64,000 nucleotides of DNA from an uncultured Acidobacteriota bacterium (GTDB lineage: Bacteria; Acidobacteriota; UBA6911): the NCBI GenBank assembly GCA_963843575.1, contig CAWJKZ010000014.1:160001-224000 (forward strand). The letters run 5' to 3'. Shown piece after piece: positions 63,791 through 64,000 of this stretch (positions are counted from its first letter, which is position 1; each line of letters starts with the position of its first letter). The position numbers and the translations under genes were made by a program. Below the pieces are notes generated by a model, which saw nothing but the letters and a program-made list of their open reading frames with translations, searched no databases and was not told the DNA's origin.

Positions 63791-64000
63791 TCAGCGAGCC
63801 TCGGCGGATGCGACCCCGGCCGTCGCCGTTTCGGGCTCCTCCCGCTGGATGGGAGGAATATTCGTCAGGTGAATAATTCCGTTCTGATCTGCGAATCGGA
63901 ACATCGACGGCCCGGCTGCCGGCTTCTCCGGCTGGAGCGACATGGTCTGTTTGCCGTACTTCTCGGTTATGGTGCGGACGTAGTCGTGTGTTTCACGGAT
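63791..64000 (-). CDS. Lytic transglycosylase (SLT) C-terminal part, truncated by the window edge
   Basis: Manual translation IRETHDYVRTI (ET..YV SLT motif)...FRFADQNGIIHLTNIP (DUF4124-like), stop at 63791. Confidence 0.65.
   Translation of the reverse strand: MRETHDYVRTITEKYGKQTMSLQPEKPAAGPSMFRFADQNGIIHLTNIPPIQREEPETATAGVASAEAR

Overview
High-GC bacterial chromosomal segment. Gene content and order suggest an Acidobacteriota genome (inference). Many 1-bp indels in essential genes point to an error-prone long-read assembly. Left end (1-9.2 kb): a secreted cohesin-like protein and an FN3-dockerin protein sit directly downstream of the PEP-CTERM-type PrsK/PrsR two-component system, followed by wbpB/D/E/I diacetamido-uronic acid genes and a decayed sugar-transferase remnant. 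9.3-18.3 kb: two membrane Ser/Thr kinases flank an outer-membrane beta-barrel gene, followed by a hemerythrin gene and a radical SAM protein with the motif set of tetraether lipid synthase (Tes/GDGT-MAS). The rest is mostly core: TonB receptor, leuCD, MFS, acyl-CoA ligase, glnB-(internally deleted glnA)-glnD, dnaK-hsp20-dnaJ-hspR, rodZ, a Lol-like lipoprotein trafficking cluster, mlaEFD with a CDP-alcohol phosphotransferase, aroC-def-fmt-rsmB-rpe-bamD-romR-like-valS-birA-ftsY, a Crp/Fnr regulator, an amidase and a lytic transglycosylase. Several sigma70 promoters place +1 on or next to the start codon, suggesting leaderless mRNAs. No rRNA, tRNA, CRISPR array or mobile element was seen.
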